This document shows positions 35,228 through 48,480 of a DNA stretch of 64,000 nucleotides, piece after piece. The notes below the pieces were generated by a model. That model was not told where the DNA came from and did not search any database. It saw only the letters and a program-made list of their open reading frames with translations. The position numbers and the translations under genes are program-made. Every line of letters begins with the position of its first letter. Positions within the stretch are counted from its first letter, which is position 1. The DNA is taken from positions 15,748,001 to 15,812,000 of the forward strand of contig JANJGN010000034.1 in the NCBI GenBank assembly GCA_026770705.1, written 5' to 3'. Source of the DNA: Isurus oxyrinchus. Lineage: Eukaryota.

Positions 35228-37400
35228 TTTCTCGTTATCTTGACTCCCTTCTCTCTCCCCTTGTCCAGTCCCTTCCCACCTACATCCGTGATTCCTCTGA
35301 CACCTTACGTCACATCAACAATTTCCAGTTCCCTGGCTCCAACCGCTTCCTCTTCACCATGGACGTCCAATCCCTCTACACCTCCATCCCCCACCAGGAT
35401 GGTCTGAAGGCCCTGAGCTTCTTCCTCGAACAGAGGCCCGAACAATCCCCATCCACCACTACTCTCCTCCATCTGGCTGAACTTGTTCTCACGTTGAACA
35501 ATTTCTCCTTCAACTCCTCTCACTTTCTCCAAATAAAAGGTGTGGCTCTGGGTACCCGCATGGGCCCCAGCTATGCCTGTCTCTTTATGTGATATGTGGA
35601 ACATTCCTTGTTGCAGTCCTACCCCGGCCCCCTTCCACAACTTTTTCTCCGGTACATCGATGATTACTTCGGTGCCGCTTCATGCTCTCGTCGGGACTTG
35701 GAAAAATTTATTAATTTTGCTTCCAATCTCCACCCCTCCATCATTTTCACGTGGTCCATCTCTGACACGTCCCTTCCCTTCCTTGACCTCTCTGTCTCAA
35801 TCTCTGGTGATAGACTGTCCACCAATATCCATTACAAACCCACCGACTCCCACAGCTCCCTCGACTACAGCTCCTCACACCCCGCTTCCTGTAAGGACTC
35901 CATCCCATTCTCCCAGTTCCTTCGCCTTCGTCGCATCTGTTCCGATGATGCTACCTTCAAAAACGGTTCCTCTGACATGTCCTCCTTCTTCCTTAACCGA
36001 GGTTTTCCACCGACGGTCGTTGACAGGGCCCTCAACCGTGTCCGGCCCATCTCCCGCGCATCCGCCCTCACGCCTTCTCCTCCCTCCCAGAAACATGATA
36101 GGGTCCCCCTTGTCCTCACTTATCACCCCACCAGCCTCCGCATTCAAAGGATCATCCTCCACCATTTCCGCCAACTCCAGCATGATGCCACCACCAAACA
36201 CATCTTTCCTTCACCCCCCTTATCGGCATTCCGTAGGGATCGCTCCCTCTGGGACACCCTGGTCCACTCCTCCATCACCCCCTACTCCTCAACCCCCTCC
36301 TATGGCACCACCCCATGCCCACGCAAAAGATGTAACACCTGCCCCTTCACTTCCTCTCTCCTCACCGTCCAAGGGCCCAAACACTCCTTTCAAGTGAAGC
36401 AGCATTTCACTTGCATTTCCCCCAACTTAGTCTACTGCATTCGTTGCTCCCAATGTGGTCTCCTCTACATTGGAGAGACCAAACGTAAACTGGGCGACCG
36501 CTTTGCAGAACACCTGCGGTCTGTCCGCAAGAATGACCCAAACCTCCCTGTCGCTTGCCATTTTAACACTCCACCCTGCTCTCTTGCCCACATGTCTGTC
36601 CTTGGCTTACTGCATTGTTCCAGTGAAGCCCAACGCAAACTGGAGGAACAACACCTCATCTTCCGACTAGGCACCTTACAGCCTTCCGGTCTGAATATTG
36701 AATTCAATAACTTTAGGTCGTGAGCTCCCTCCCCCATCCCCACCCCCTTTCTGTTTCCCCCTTTTTTCCCCTATAAATTTTATAGATTTTTCTTTTCCCA
36801 CCTATTTCCATTATTTTTAAATATTTTAAAATCTTTTATGTTCCCCCCACCCCCACTAGAGCTGTACCTTGAGTGCCCTACCATCCATTCTTAATTAGCA
36901 CATTCGTTTAGATAATATCACCAACTTTTAACTTTAACACCTATGTGTTCTTTTGTCCCATTGTCACTGACATCTTTTGATGATCTGCTTCTATCACAGC
37001 TTGTTTGTCTACACAAGCACCTCTGTCTCTCTCTCTCTCTCTCCGCCCCACACACACACACCTTAAACCAGCTTATATTTCAACTCTTTCTTGGACTCGA
37101 AATCAAGTTCTGTCGAAGGGTCATGAGGACTCGAAACGTCAACTCTTTTCTTCTCCGCCGATGCTGCCAGACCTGCTGAGTTTTTCCAGGTAATTCTGTT
37201 TTTGTTTTGGATTTCCAGCATCCGCAGTTTTTTTGTTTTATCTCTGTGTTTAATTGACTGCCACTGCTCTTCAAGAAATGCCTACCTCCTTGAAGAAGTT
37301 CTGTTCCTCTCTGCGACAAGATTTCCGTATCTCTCTGTTGCCCTGTTCACCTTCCATTTCCGTCCTGGTGTTTGACAAGGAGTTTGCTAACTCCCGCTTT
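35228..37400 (+). mobile_element. Neptune-type Penelope-like element, arm B copy (ORFs 35359-35592 and 35596-36723, split by TGA)
   Basis: Mirror of 21664-23855. Hammerhead at 37106-37144. Confidence 0.95.
37106..37144 (+). ncRNA. Minimal hammerhead ribozyme motif
   Basis: agtt ctgtcga a gggtc atgag gactc gaaac gtc aact. Confidence 0.75.
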
Positions 37401-37463
37401 CTTATGGTTTTAGCTGATGATTGGTCAGAGACCAATGGCGATGGAGAATCCGTCTGGAATAAT

Positions 37464-37660
37464 GTCCAATGAGGATGAGGAAGGCGGGAGTTCCTGTTCT
37501 GTGTCCAATGAGAGGATGAAGGAGGCAGGATTTCCTGTCCTGTGTCCAATCAGAGGATGGGGAAGGCGGGAGTTCCTGTTCTGTGTCCAATCAGAGGATG
37601 AGGAAGGCGGGAGTTCCTGTCCTGTGTCCAATGAGAGGATGAAGGAGGCAGGATTTCCTG
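37464..37660. repeat. ~40-bp CCAAT/GC-box array, arm B copy (5 units)
   Basis: gtccaatgagaggatgaggaaggcgggagttcctgttctgt-like units. Confidence 0.9.
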
Positions 37661-37820
37661 CGCTGTTTTGTTTGACTTTCTGTGTTTCACGTTTCCGGAG
37701 CGGAGTCGGTAAGAGCGAGAACCCCCCCGCCCCCCGGGTGAATTTCTATATCACACCCAGAAAATCAACCGGGATCTCCCCCCACTGGACTCTCCCTGAT
37801 CCCGGTGTGGACCCGAATGG

Positions 37821-37838
37821 ATGGGAAAGGAGCTGCGG
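37821..37838 (+). CDS. G3 candidate first micro-exon MGKELR
   Basis: ATG GGA AAG GAG CTG CGG|gtaccg. Confidence 0.4.
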
Positions 37839-38084
37839 GTACCGGGTGTTGGGGTGGGGTGGGGTGGGGTGGGGGGGGTGGGGATTGGATGTTGGATGCG
37901 GGTGAAATGTGGGGAAAAAGCAAACTGAACTGATCCGCGATAAACATTAAAAAATGGAACTTAGATCGGGAGGGAGAAAACTGTTTAACTCGGCCTCAGT
38001 GCGCATGCTCCTCTCCCGGGCCCTTGCTCCAGTTCCGAGGCGCATGCGCATCCCGTTCCTGTCAGTCATCAACCAGATCAGATG

Positions 38085-38350
38085 TGAAGTTTTGATGATC
38101 TGCTCCTATCAGTGCTTGTTTGTCCCTACAACACCACCGCCCTCCCCCACCCCCACTTCTCTCCCTCCACCTTAAACCAGCTTATATTTCACCCCTCTCC
38201 TTGGATTCACCTCGTTCTGTTGAAGGGTCATGAAGACTCGAAACGTCAACTCTTCTCTTCTCCGCCGATGCTGCCGGATCTGCTGAGTTTTTCCAGGTCA
38301 TTCTGTTTTTGTTCTGGATTTCCAGCATCCGCAGTTTTTTTGTTTTTATC
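38085..38350 (+). mobile_element. pLTR-derived insertion absent from arm A, with hammerhead at ~38214-38251 (CUGUUGA core)
   Basis: ccttaaaccagcttatatttc...gaagggtcatgaagactcgaaacgtcaac...catccgcagtttttt. Arm A reads atcagatgaggaagtgaa uninterrupted. Confidence 0.85.
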
Positions 38351-38398
38351 AGGAAGTGAATCTGTTGTAAAGGGGGTAACTGTGTTTTCTTGTTGCAG

Positions 38399-38459
38399 GG
38401 ACACAACTTACAGAAACTACTCCTGCTGCTGCTGCTCAGTGTTGTTGCTGCTGTTTCAG
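38399..38459 (+). CDS. G3 leader exon (GHNLQKLLLLLLLSVVAAVS), intact
   Basis: ttcttgttgcag|GGA...TCA G|gtaagt. Confidence 0.8.
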
Positions 38460-39428
38460 GTAAGTGCTGTGACTGCTGGAACATTTCAGCAGTGATCAAA
38501 GGGAGGGGGAATCAGGAATTCATCTTGCTTTAAGGAGCTGTGTGTACTGCAAGTGGAGCCATTGAGGGAGTGGACACAGTAGGTTCACATCACACATCAT
38601 GATCCTGAGAGCTGGACGGGAGGCAGTTAATGTCTTTAGATTAATCCATGTGATGTGAACTGTGGGACACTGAGCACCACTCGGTGACACTGCAATGGGT
38701 GACTGGTATCCAGTGGGCCTGGGATGGTACCCTGAACACTGGGATCAGGAGTCTGGGACATTCCTGGGATCAAGTAGAGCTGGGGATTGGTTGGAGCTGC
38801 AAATTGGTTTGGAGTAGGGACTTCAGGACTGGGAACTGGGCTTTGGGTCCTGGGAGGGGGCAGAGTCTGGCCGTATTGGGGGAGGAGCAAGGCCTGACAT
38901 GTTCGTGGTGGAGGGAGGTGAGGATCCATATTGCCTCAGCCCCTTTCAGACAATCAGGTTCTGCATCACCCCCTACACGGTGCATTCGTCCGTCGCTGTT
39001 CCCCAACCTATCCAAAACCCTTTCCAGCTCCTGGGGTACCCCCTTCCCCCACCCGTTCCTGTCTTTACGTTTCAGGGTCAGATTTCCGTTCCTGAGCTCC
39101 ACCTCGTATTGTGCAACCCCAGTCTGTGATTTTTCTCCCAAGGGGAGGTGACCAATATCCTGATCTGTTCTCCCAGCATGTGTATGAATGAGATACGTGA
39201 TTCAAAGTGCTGTCCAGCTGCTCTGTGCTTACAAATATCCAGCACATGTGGATTTAGTTGAAGGCCCTTAATGCCTTAGCTTTAACCGTCCCACAGAAAT
39301 GAAAGCAGTGAGTTACTAAACAGTGCTTATTGCAAATCAAGCACCACAGTGTAACCATGTGAAGCTTGGGATGTGATGTACCAGCAGGGAGGTTATATCT
39401 GTGGATAAATACTTTCAATCTTTTCCAG

Positions 39429-39773
39429 GTGACTCGCCTGTCCCAGTTTCTGGATTCTTTGGGGAGCAGGTTGTGCTGCCCTGTACCTCCAAAGGGACTA
39501 CCCCAGTCTCTGATTTACTGGTTATCTGGGATACAGCCAAGAGTGAAAATTTACACAAGTTCATCGTTGGGCACGACGATTTGACAGAACAAGACCCATG
39601 ATTCAGAAACAGAACAAACCTGTTCAAAGATCAACTGGAACAAGGCAACTGGTCAGTTCTGATCTCTGACCTCAGGGAGTCAGACCAGAACCAGTATCAG
39701 TGTCACATTTACAAAAGGATAGCTGTGGGTTATAAATGGGAGCAAACTGATATCATCCATCTTTCTGTGACAG
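39429..39773 (+). pseudogene. G3 IgV exon with a premature stop
   Basis: Mirror of 18172-18516, with CGA>TGA at 39599-39601 (EQDP*). Confidence 0.9.
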
Positions 39774-39960
39774 GTGAGAGGTATTCAGGTATTCTGTATT
39801 TAATCTCTGTATGGGTTTGGTAGTTCAGTTACTAGACTAGAAATGCAGAGGCCTGGACTAATAATCCAGAAGATGAGAGTTCAAATCCCACCATGGCACT
39901 TCCAGAATTTAAATTGTTTATTAAATAAAAACCTGGAAATATAAAGTTAGTTCCAATAAA

Positions 39961-42900
39961 CCATTTCGTGGGGCACTGGCATCAGTAGTGGAAGAGGAGA
40001 GATCTGTACCATTGGGACGGTCTCCACCTGATCTGATCTGGGACCAATATTCTAGCGAAAAGGGTAAATAGGGTGGTCAACAGGAGTTTAAACTAGAAAG
40101 TGGAGGGTGGGGAGGGTAAAACACCAAGAAGTATGACTAATGGGAAACAAAGCAGCAGGTTAGTGGTTGTGGGGGGGCGGTGGTGGTGTGGATTCCACTT
40201 CATGGAAAATTATGAAAAAACTGAAAAAAGAGAGCCCAGGAGAGGCTATTCAAGTCCCCAGAACACAAAATAGGACAGAGTGTTTGGAAAGGGCTAGGAA
40301 TCTAACTTCAAGCACATCAAATAAAGGGACGACAATGAGAAAGGGGATGGGAAATGCAGGACTGAAGGTGTTGTATCTGAATGTATGCATTATATGAAAT
40401 AAGGTAAATGAGCTTGTGGCATAGATTGAAATTGGCAGGTATGATGGGGTGGGCATCACGGAGACATGGCTGCAAGCGGATCAGGACTGGGAGCTAAATA
40501 TCCAAGGATATGCATCCTATTGAAAAGATAGGCAGGTTGGCAGAGGGGGTGGGTTTGCTTTGTTAGTAAGAAATGAAATTGAATCGATCGCAAGAAATGA
40601 CGTAAGGTCAGATGATGTAGAATCTGTATGGGTAGAGTTGAGGAACTGCAAAGGTAAAAAAAACCATAATGGGAGTTATGTACAGGCCTCCGAACAGTAG
40701 TCAGGATGTGGGGGACAAGATACACCAGGAGTTAGAAAAGGCGTGTAAGAAAGGCATGGTTACAGTGATCATGGGGGATTTCAATATGCAGGTAGACTGG
40801 AAAAATCAGGTTAGTAGTGGATCCCAAGAAAAGGAATTTGTAGAATGTCTACGAGATGGCTTTTTGGAGCAGCTTATGGTGGAGCCCACTAGGGAATAGG
40901 CAATTCTAGATTTAGTGATGTGTAATGAGGCAGATTTGATAAGGGAGCTTAAGGTGAAGGAGCCCTTAGGAGGAAGTGACCATAATATGATAGAATTTAC
41001 CTTGCAATTTGAGAGGACAAAGCTGGAATCAGATGTAACGGTATTACAGTTGAATAAAGGCAACTACAGAGGCATGAGGGAGGAGCTGGCCAGAATTGAC
41101 TGGGAGATGAGCCTAGCAGGAAAGACAGTGGAACAGCAATGGCAGGAGTTTCTGGGAGACACAGCAAAAATTCATCCCTAGGAAGAAGAAGCATAGTAAA
41201 AGGAGGACAAGGCAACCATGGCTGACAAGGGAAGTCAGGGACAGCATAAAAGCTAAAGAGAAAGCATACAATGCGGTGAAGAGCAGTGGGAAACTAGGGG
41301 ATTGGGAAGCCTACAAAGACCACAGAGGACAACTAAAAAAGAAATAAGGAGGGAAAAGATTAAATATGAGGGTAAACTAGCCAGTAATATAAAAGAAGTT
41401 AGCAAGAGATTTTTTAGATACATAATGGGTAAGAGAGAGGCAAAAGTGGACTTTGGGCTGCTGGAAAATGACGCTGGAGAAGTGGTAGTGGGGAACAAAG
41501 AAATGGCAGAGGAACTGAATGGGTACTTTGTGTCAGTCTTCATGGTGGAAGACACGAGTGACATCCCCCAAGTTCAAGAGAGTCGGGGGGGCAGAGGTGT
41601 GTATGGTGGCCATTACCAAGGAGAAGGTGCTAGGAAAACTGAAAGGTCTGAAGGTGGATAAATCACCGGAAGCAGATGGATTACACCCCAGAGTTCTGAA
41701 GGAGATAGCTGAAGAGATAGTGGAGGCATTAGTGGTGATCTTTTAGGAATCACTGGAGTCAGGGAGGGTCCCAGAGGACTGGAAAATCGCTAATGTAACC
41801 CCCTTGTTTAAGAAGGGAGTGAGGCAAAAGACAGGAAATTACAGGCCGTTTAGCCTGACGTCGGTCGTTGGTAAGATTTTAGAGTCCATTATTAAGGATG
41901 AGATTTCAGAATACTTGGAAGTGCATGGTAAAAAATGGCAAAGTCAGCAATGGTTTCATCAAGGGGAAGTCATGCCTGACAAATGTGTTAGAATTCTTTG
42001 AGGAGGTAACGAGTAGGTTAGACAAAGGAGAGCCATTGGATGTTATCTTCTTGGACTTCCAGAAGGCCTTTGACAAGGTGCCGCACAGGAGGCTGCTCAG
42101 TAAGATAAGAGCCCAGGTGTTAGAGGCAAGGTACTAGCATGGATAGAAGATTGGCTGTCTGGCAGGAGGCAGAGAGTGGGGATAAGGGGGTCCTTCTCAG
42201 GATGGCAGTTGGTGACTAGTGGAGTTCCGCAGGGGTCAGTGTTGGGACCACAACTTTTCACTTTATACATTAATGATCTAGATGAAGGAACCGAGGGCAT
42301 CCTGGCTAAGTTTGCAGATGACACAAAGATAGGTGGAGGGACAGGTAGTATTGAGGAGGCAGGGAGGCTGCAGGAGGATTTGGACAGGTTAGGAGAATGG
42401 GCAAAGAAGTGGCAGATGGAATACAACGTGTGGAAGTGTGAGGTCATGCACTTTGGTAGGAAGAATAGAGACATAGACTATTTTCTAAATGGGGAAAGAA
42501 TTCAGAAATCTGGAGTGCAAAGGGACTTTGGAGTCCCTGTCCAAGATTCTCTTAAGATTAACTTGCAGGTTGAGTCGGTAGTTAGGAAAGCAAATGCAAT
42601 GTTGGCATTTATTTTGAGAGGACTGGAATATAAAAGCAGGGATGTGCTGCTGAGGCTTTATAAGGCTCTGGTCAGACCACATTTAGAATATTGTGAGTAA
42701 TTTTGAGCCCCGTATCTCAGGAAGGATGTTCTGGCCCTGGAGATGGTCCAGAGGAGGTTCACGAGAACGAACCCAGGAATGAAAGGCTTAACATATGAGG
42801 AACGTTTGAGGACTCTGGGTCTATACTCGATGGAGTTTAGAAGGATGAGGGGGGATCTGATTGAAACTTACAGAATACTGAAAGGCCTGGATAGAATGGA

Positions 42901-43222
42901 CGTGGGGAAGATGTTTTCATTAGTAGGAGAGACTAGGACCCGAGGGCACAGCCTCAGAGTAAAGGGAAGACCTTTTAGAAGAGAGATGAGGAGAAACATC
43001 TTTAGCCAGAGAGTGGTGAATCTATGGAATTCATTGCCACAGAAGGCTGTGGAGGCCAGGTCACTGAGTGTATTTAAGACCAAGATAGATAGGTTCTTGA
43101 TTGGTAAGGAGATCAAAGGTTACGGGGAGAAGGCGGGAGAATGGGGTTGGGAAACTTATCAGCCATGATTGAATGGCAGAGCAGACTCAATGGGCCGAAT
43201 AGCTCCTATGTCCTATGGTCTT
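39961..43222 (+). mobile_element. CR1-type LINE splitting a SINE (SINE halves ~39815-39960 and ~43223-43350)
   Basis: Mirror of 14725-17985. ccaataaa|...|aagtgaccctgaag is contiguous in the paralogous SINE at ~49894-49915. Confidence 0.95.
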
Positions 43223-44378
43223 AAAGTGACCCTGAAGCTGTTGGATTGTTGTAAAACCCCAGCTGGTTCACGAATGTCCCTTTACCCAATCTGGTCTCTA
43301 TGTGACTCCAGTCCCACAGTAACCTGGTTGGTTAAACTGGCCTAGCAGGTAAGAGGGCAGTTGAAAATGAATTGATATTAAACCATTGGCAAAAAAGAAT
43401 AGAATAAAACTGAATCCTCATTGGCTTCATCCCAAGCTCGAAACAGGAAACAACACAGACAAGCTCAGGCCAGTCAAGATTGCAAAGTCCCCTCACTAAC
43501 CTCTGGGGACTGGTGTCCAAGTTGGGAGAGCTGTCTGGCAGAGTCATACTCACAGAATTAAGCCTGAATCCCAGTCTCCTCTGTCAACATCCCTGGGTAT
43601 GTCCTGTCCCACTGGCAGGACAGACCCACCAGTGGTGTGGTATACAGTCCGGAGGGAGCGGTCCCAGGAATCCTCAACATTGACTCTGATCCCCATGAAG
43701 TCTCACAGCTTCAGGTGAAACATGGACCCGAGAAACCTTCTGCTGATTATCACCAACTGCCCTCCGTCAGCTGATGAATCAGTACTCCCCCATGCTGAAC
43801 ACCAATTGGAGGAAGCAGTGAGGTGGCAAGGACACAGAATGTACTGAGTTGGGACTTCACTGTCCATCACCAAGGGTAGGTCAGTAATACCATCACTGAC
43901 CAAGCAGATGGAGCCTTGAAGGACAGAGCTGTCAAACTGTGTGATGGAAAGAGTTAATGGAGCTATCAAACTGCACTCACTGTCCAGCATAGAGCTCCGT
44001 TTGTCTCCAGATTTTGGGGTGCAGGAGGTGGGCCCCATCCCACCTCTCAGGCAACCTTTACAAGACCCAGTGCACTTAGTGTGAAAGTGTATCCCAGTAG
44101 ACCCAGGATCCTGTGGAGATTCTCTCCACAGGGGGATGTAGGCTGCTGGGAATGATCCTGCTCAGGGTAACTCTGGGAAACATCCATTCTACCCACCACA
44201 GTTAATACAATCCTTTTGGATTTTTCACTCTGCCGACCCTGTTCCTGACCCTTCCCAATCAGTTTGACCCGAGTCTCGTTCTTCCCAGGATGTGTTTCCT
44301 TAAAGCCCGATAGAGTGTTTGAATATTTCTTCCGTTGGTTTCATACAAAATATTAAACACATGTTGTTTTCTTTACAG

Positions 44379-44417
44379 CGACGTCATACACATCTGTACC
44401 AAGTACACCTGTACCAG
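44379..44417 (+). CDS. G3 candidate stalk micro-exon ATSYTSVPSTPVP (can extend in frame to 44483)
   Basis: ttttctttacag|CG...CCA G|gtaaat, with a second donor ACA G|gtagtt at 44484. Confidence 0.6.
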
Positions 44418-45684
44418 GTAAATCTGTTTCTGAACTACTGCATGTGTTTTCAGCTCTTACATTTGATCATGCTGCAGATACAGGTAGTTACATTGGAATG
44501 TTTGAAATGCTGTGTGATATTTCACCATAGAATGTGTCTGTGTGAGTGAGCCCTTTCCTTCCCATTGCAGTGTTCAGTTTGTTCCCAGGAACAGGAGTCA
44601 CTCATTCAGACACTGGAGTCTGTGCGGTTCCCCCTCCAACAATCTGCTGCTGTTCACGACTGGTCCTGTAAATCCATGTGATCCTGGATCCACACAGTAA
44701 ACAGGGCACAGTTTAAGTGTCCCAATTCCCACTCCATAAATACTCAGTGTGTAAATCCTAGTGTTCCCAGAAAACACCACATCCCTACTGTGGGAGTGCT
44801 GCATTGTCCGAGGCTCAGTACTGAGCGAATGTTTTGTACTGTCAGAGGGTTAGTACTGAGGGAGCACTGCCCTATAGGAGGGTCGGTATTGGAGGAGGAG
44901 GGGAAAGGTGCGGTGAAGTGACCAAATGTACCATGTGGGGAAGATTTGGTCATGCTATGGTTCTCTTACCACACTAATACTCCGGAGAATGAGAGTTCAA
45001 ATCCCAACATAGCACCTAAAGAATTTAAATTGAGTTGATTAAATAAAAATCTGGAAATCTGAAGTTAGTTGCAATAAAAGTACCATGAAGCTGTTGGATT
45101 GTTGTAAAACCCCAATTGGTTCATTGATGTCTCTTTAGGGATGGAAACCTGCCAACCCTACCCAGTCTGGTCGAGATGTGACTCCAGGCGTGGGGGTACT
45201 GCGCTGGCACTCTCCCCTGATTTTCCAATCAAAAATAGAACTTAATTTCTACTTCACCCGACCTGTACATTACAGCTTTCCTCTGAAGATACTGAACTAT
45301 TCTTTCCCTGTCATTTTTGATTGACCTGCTCTCTGACTGTATGTTTGGTGAGATCTCCTTTGCTTGTGTAGTTGCGTCCATCCGACAGCAGAGGGTGGGG
45401 TTGTATCACTTTAATCACAAGAACGAGAAATGGGTTTGAGGAAGAGACACTTTGTCCCCTTTTAAATTCATTCACTCAGAGACAAATGATCTCTCCCTGC
45501 TTCTGAAATGATTTTATCACTCGCAAGGCCAAATCAATTGTTCAAATTTTTTTTCTCCCTGTAATTATCCTTCCCTTTAATAATTCATCCAATTTCCTTT
45601 TGATAGTTAATATTGACAGCAGCAGCAGCTGATTTACAGAATAAGTGAGGGGGGAGTACAGGATAATGTACCTGTACAGATATC

Positions 45685-48480
45685 ACAGTATCTTTACAGT
45701 GCAGAAAGAGGACATTTGGCTCATTGTGTTTGCACTGGCTCTCTGAAAGAGCAATCTGCCTAGTCTCACTCCACTGCCTTATCCCCATAACCTTGCACAT
45801 TCTCTCTTTTCAGGGAGCAATCTGATTCTCTTTAGAATACCTCGATCGATCCTGCCTCCACCACCCTTTTAGGAAGTTTGTTGCAGACTCCAACCACCCT
45901 CTGGGTGAAAAAATCTTTCCCCACATCACATTTACTCCTTTACCAATTATTTTGTATCTGTGCCCTCTAGTTCTTGATGATCTCCTGAGTGGGAACAGTT
46001 TCTCACTATTTACCCTGTCTTTAATCATCTTCAATGACCAAAGTACATATACATCAATATCTGTCTGTTCCTGCACCTCCTTGAGAGGATCTCCCTTTAT
46101 TTGATACTCTCTCACCATATCTTTCCTGCCAAAATGAATCACCTCACTCTTCTCTGCATTGAACTTCATCTGCTACTTGTCTGCCCAATCCACCAACATG
46201 CCTATGTCCTTTTGAAGTTCAGGATTATTCCCATCACAGTTGATAACATTTCTAATCTTTGTACCATCTTTAAATTTTGAAATCATGCCCTGCACACCAC
46301 AGTCTAGGTCATTAATATATATCAGGAAGAGCAAGGGTCCCAACACTGACCCCTGAGGAACTCCACTACAAATCTTCCTTCAATCTGAAAAACAACCATT
46401 TATCACTATTCTCTGTTTTCTATCACTCAGCCAATTTCTTATCCAAGTGCCTACTTTCCCTTTTATTCCATGAGCTAGAATTTTACTCAAGTCTGTTGTG
46501 TGGCACTGTATTCAATGCCTTTTGAAAATCCATATACACCACGTCAACAGCATTGCCCTTATCAACCTTCTCTGTTACCTCCTCAAAACATTCCATCAAA
46601 GTTAGTTATACATGATTTTCCCCTGATGAATCCATGCTGGCTTTCCCTAATTATCCTGCACTTGTCTAAGTGATTATTGATTTCATCCCCTACTATAGTT
46701 TTCAGAAGTTTCCCTCCCATTGGTGTCAAACTGACTGGCCTGTAGTTGTCAGCTTTATCCTTGCACCCACTTTTGGATAAGGGTGTAACATTTGCATTTC
46801 TCCTTCCCTGTGCCTGAGGAAGACTGGAATAGTATTACTAGTGCCTCTGTAATTTCCACTCTCACTCCTCTCAGTACCCTTGGATGCATCTCATCCACTT
46901 CTGGTACTGATATTTTAAGTAAAGGTAGACTTTCCCAACACCTTCTTCCTCTCAATTGTAAGTGTTCCAGTTACCTACTGTCCCACCTCGGCCTGGATAA
47001 CAAGTTTTCTTTGTGAAGACAGATTTAAAGTACTCGTTCAACACCTGCGCTATTTCCCCATCCTCCACATGCAGGTCCCTTTTTTTTTTGTCCCTAATCA
47101 GCCCTACTCTTCCTTTTACTATCCTTTTATTGTTTACCTGCTTATAGATGACCTTAAGATTCCTTTTTTTGTTTGCTGCCAGCCTCTTTTCATGCTCTCT
47201 CCTTGCTTTACTTTTTAGTCCTTCACATCCTTTCTAGTCCCTCTATATTCAGTCTGATTCTCCATTGTATTTTCTACCTGACATCTGTCGTACGTGCACT
47301 ACTTCCTTTTCATCTTTACTGCTATCTCTCTCATCATCCAGGGCACTCTGGATTTATTTGTCCGACCTTTCCCCTTCAAGGGAATACATCTTGAAATTGC
47401 CTGGAATACTTTTTGTTTGAAGGCAGCCCATTGTTCAGCCATTGTCTTTTCTGCCAACACTTGATTCCAACTCACTCAACTCAGATGCATTCTCATCCCA
47501 TTAAAGTTTGCTCTCTTCCAATTAATTATTTCTGGTGTGGATTGTTCTCTGTCCTTTTCCATGATTAACCTAAACCTTATGATACATGGTCACTATCCTG
47601 TAGATGCTCTCCCACTGATATTTGATCCACATGAGCCAACACATTTCCCAGAACCAGGTCCAAAAGTGCAGGTCTTCTTGTTGGATGGAAACATACTGCT
47701 GTAGAAAATGATCTTGAACACGTTCCAGGAACACTCTCGCCCCTCTTATGTTTTGTACTATTCCTATCCCAGTCTATATTTGGAGAATGGAAGGTACCCG
47801 TATGATTCTCTATAACTCTTGCACGTCTCCATAATTTCTTTTGCAAATTTGTTTCTCCGCATCCCTTCCACTAGTTGGTGCTCTATATACCACACCAATC
47901 AATGTTATTGCACCTTTCCCATTCCTTACCTCTAGCCAGAGAGATTCCATCCCAGACTCCTCTGGAACATCCTCTCTCTCCAGTACTGTAATGCTATCGT
48001 TAACCAATATTGTCACTCCTTTCCTGTTTCTTCCTTTCCTGTCTCTCCTAAACACCTTTTACCCAGGAATATTTAATGCCCTGTCCTGCCCTTCTTTGAG
48101 CCAGGTCTCTGTTATAGCGATAATATCATAATTCCACTTGTCAACCTGTGCCTGCGGTTCACCAGTCTTATTAATCACACTCTGTGCATTCACATACATG
48201 CACATTAGCCCTTATTTAGGCTTTTTCTTTTCCCCCTTATCCTGACCCCACCTAATGTCTTACTGTTGAAAACTCTAATTCTAGCAAACTCTCCAGATAT
48301 CCTATCTACCTTGATGCATCTCTCTGATATATCCTCATTATGAGTTGATATTTCTCTACTTCCCACTGCCAGTTTTTCTCCTCTGCACTCTGAATTTACC
48401 CACCCCAGGTTCCCATCCCCCTGCCAATCAAGTTTAAACCTTCCCCAACAGCACGACCAAACGTCCTGGTGAGGATATTA
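45685..48480 (-). mobile_element. Decayed CR1 LINE, arm B copy, with a ~320-bp internal deletion
   Basis: Mirror of 9160-12260. The junction near 46022 removes arm A ~11602-11923. Confidence 0.93.
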
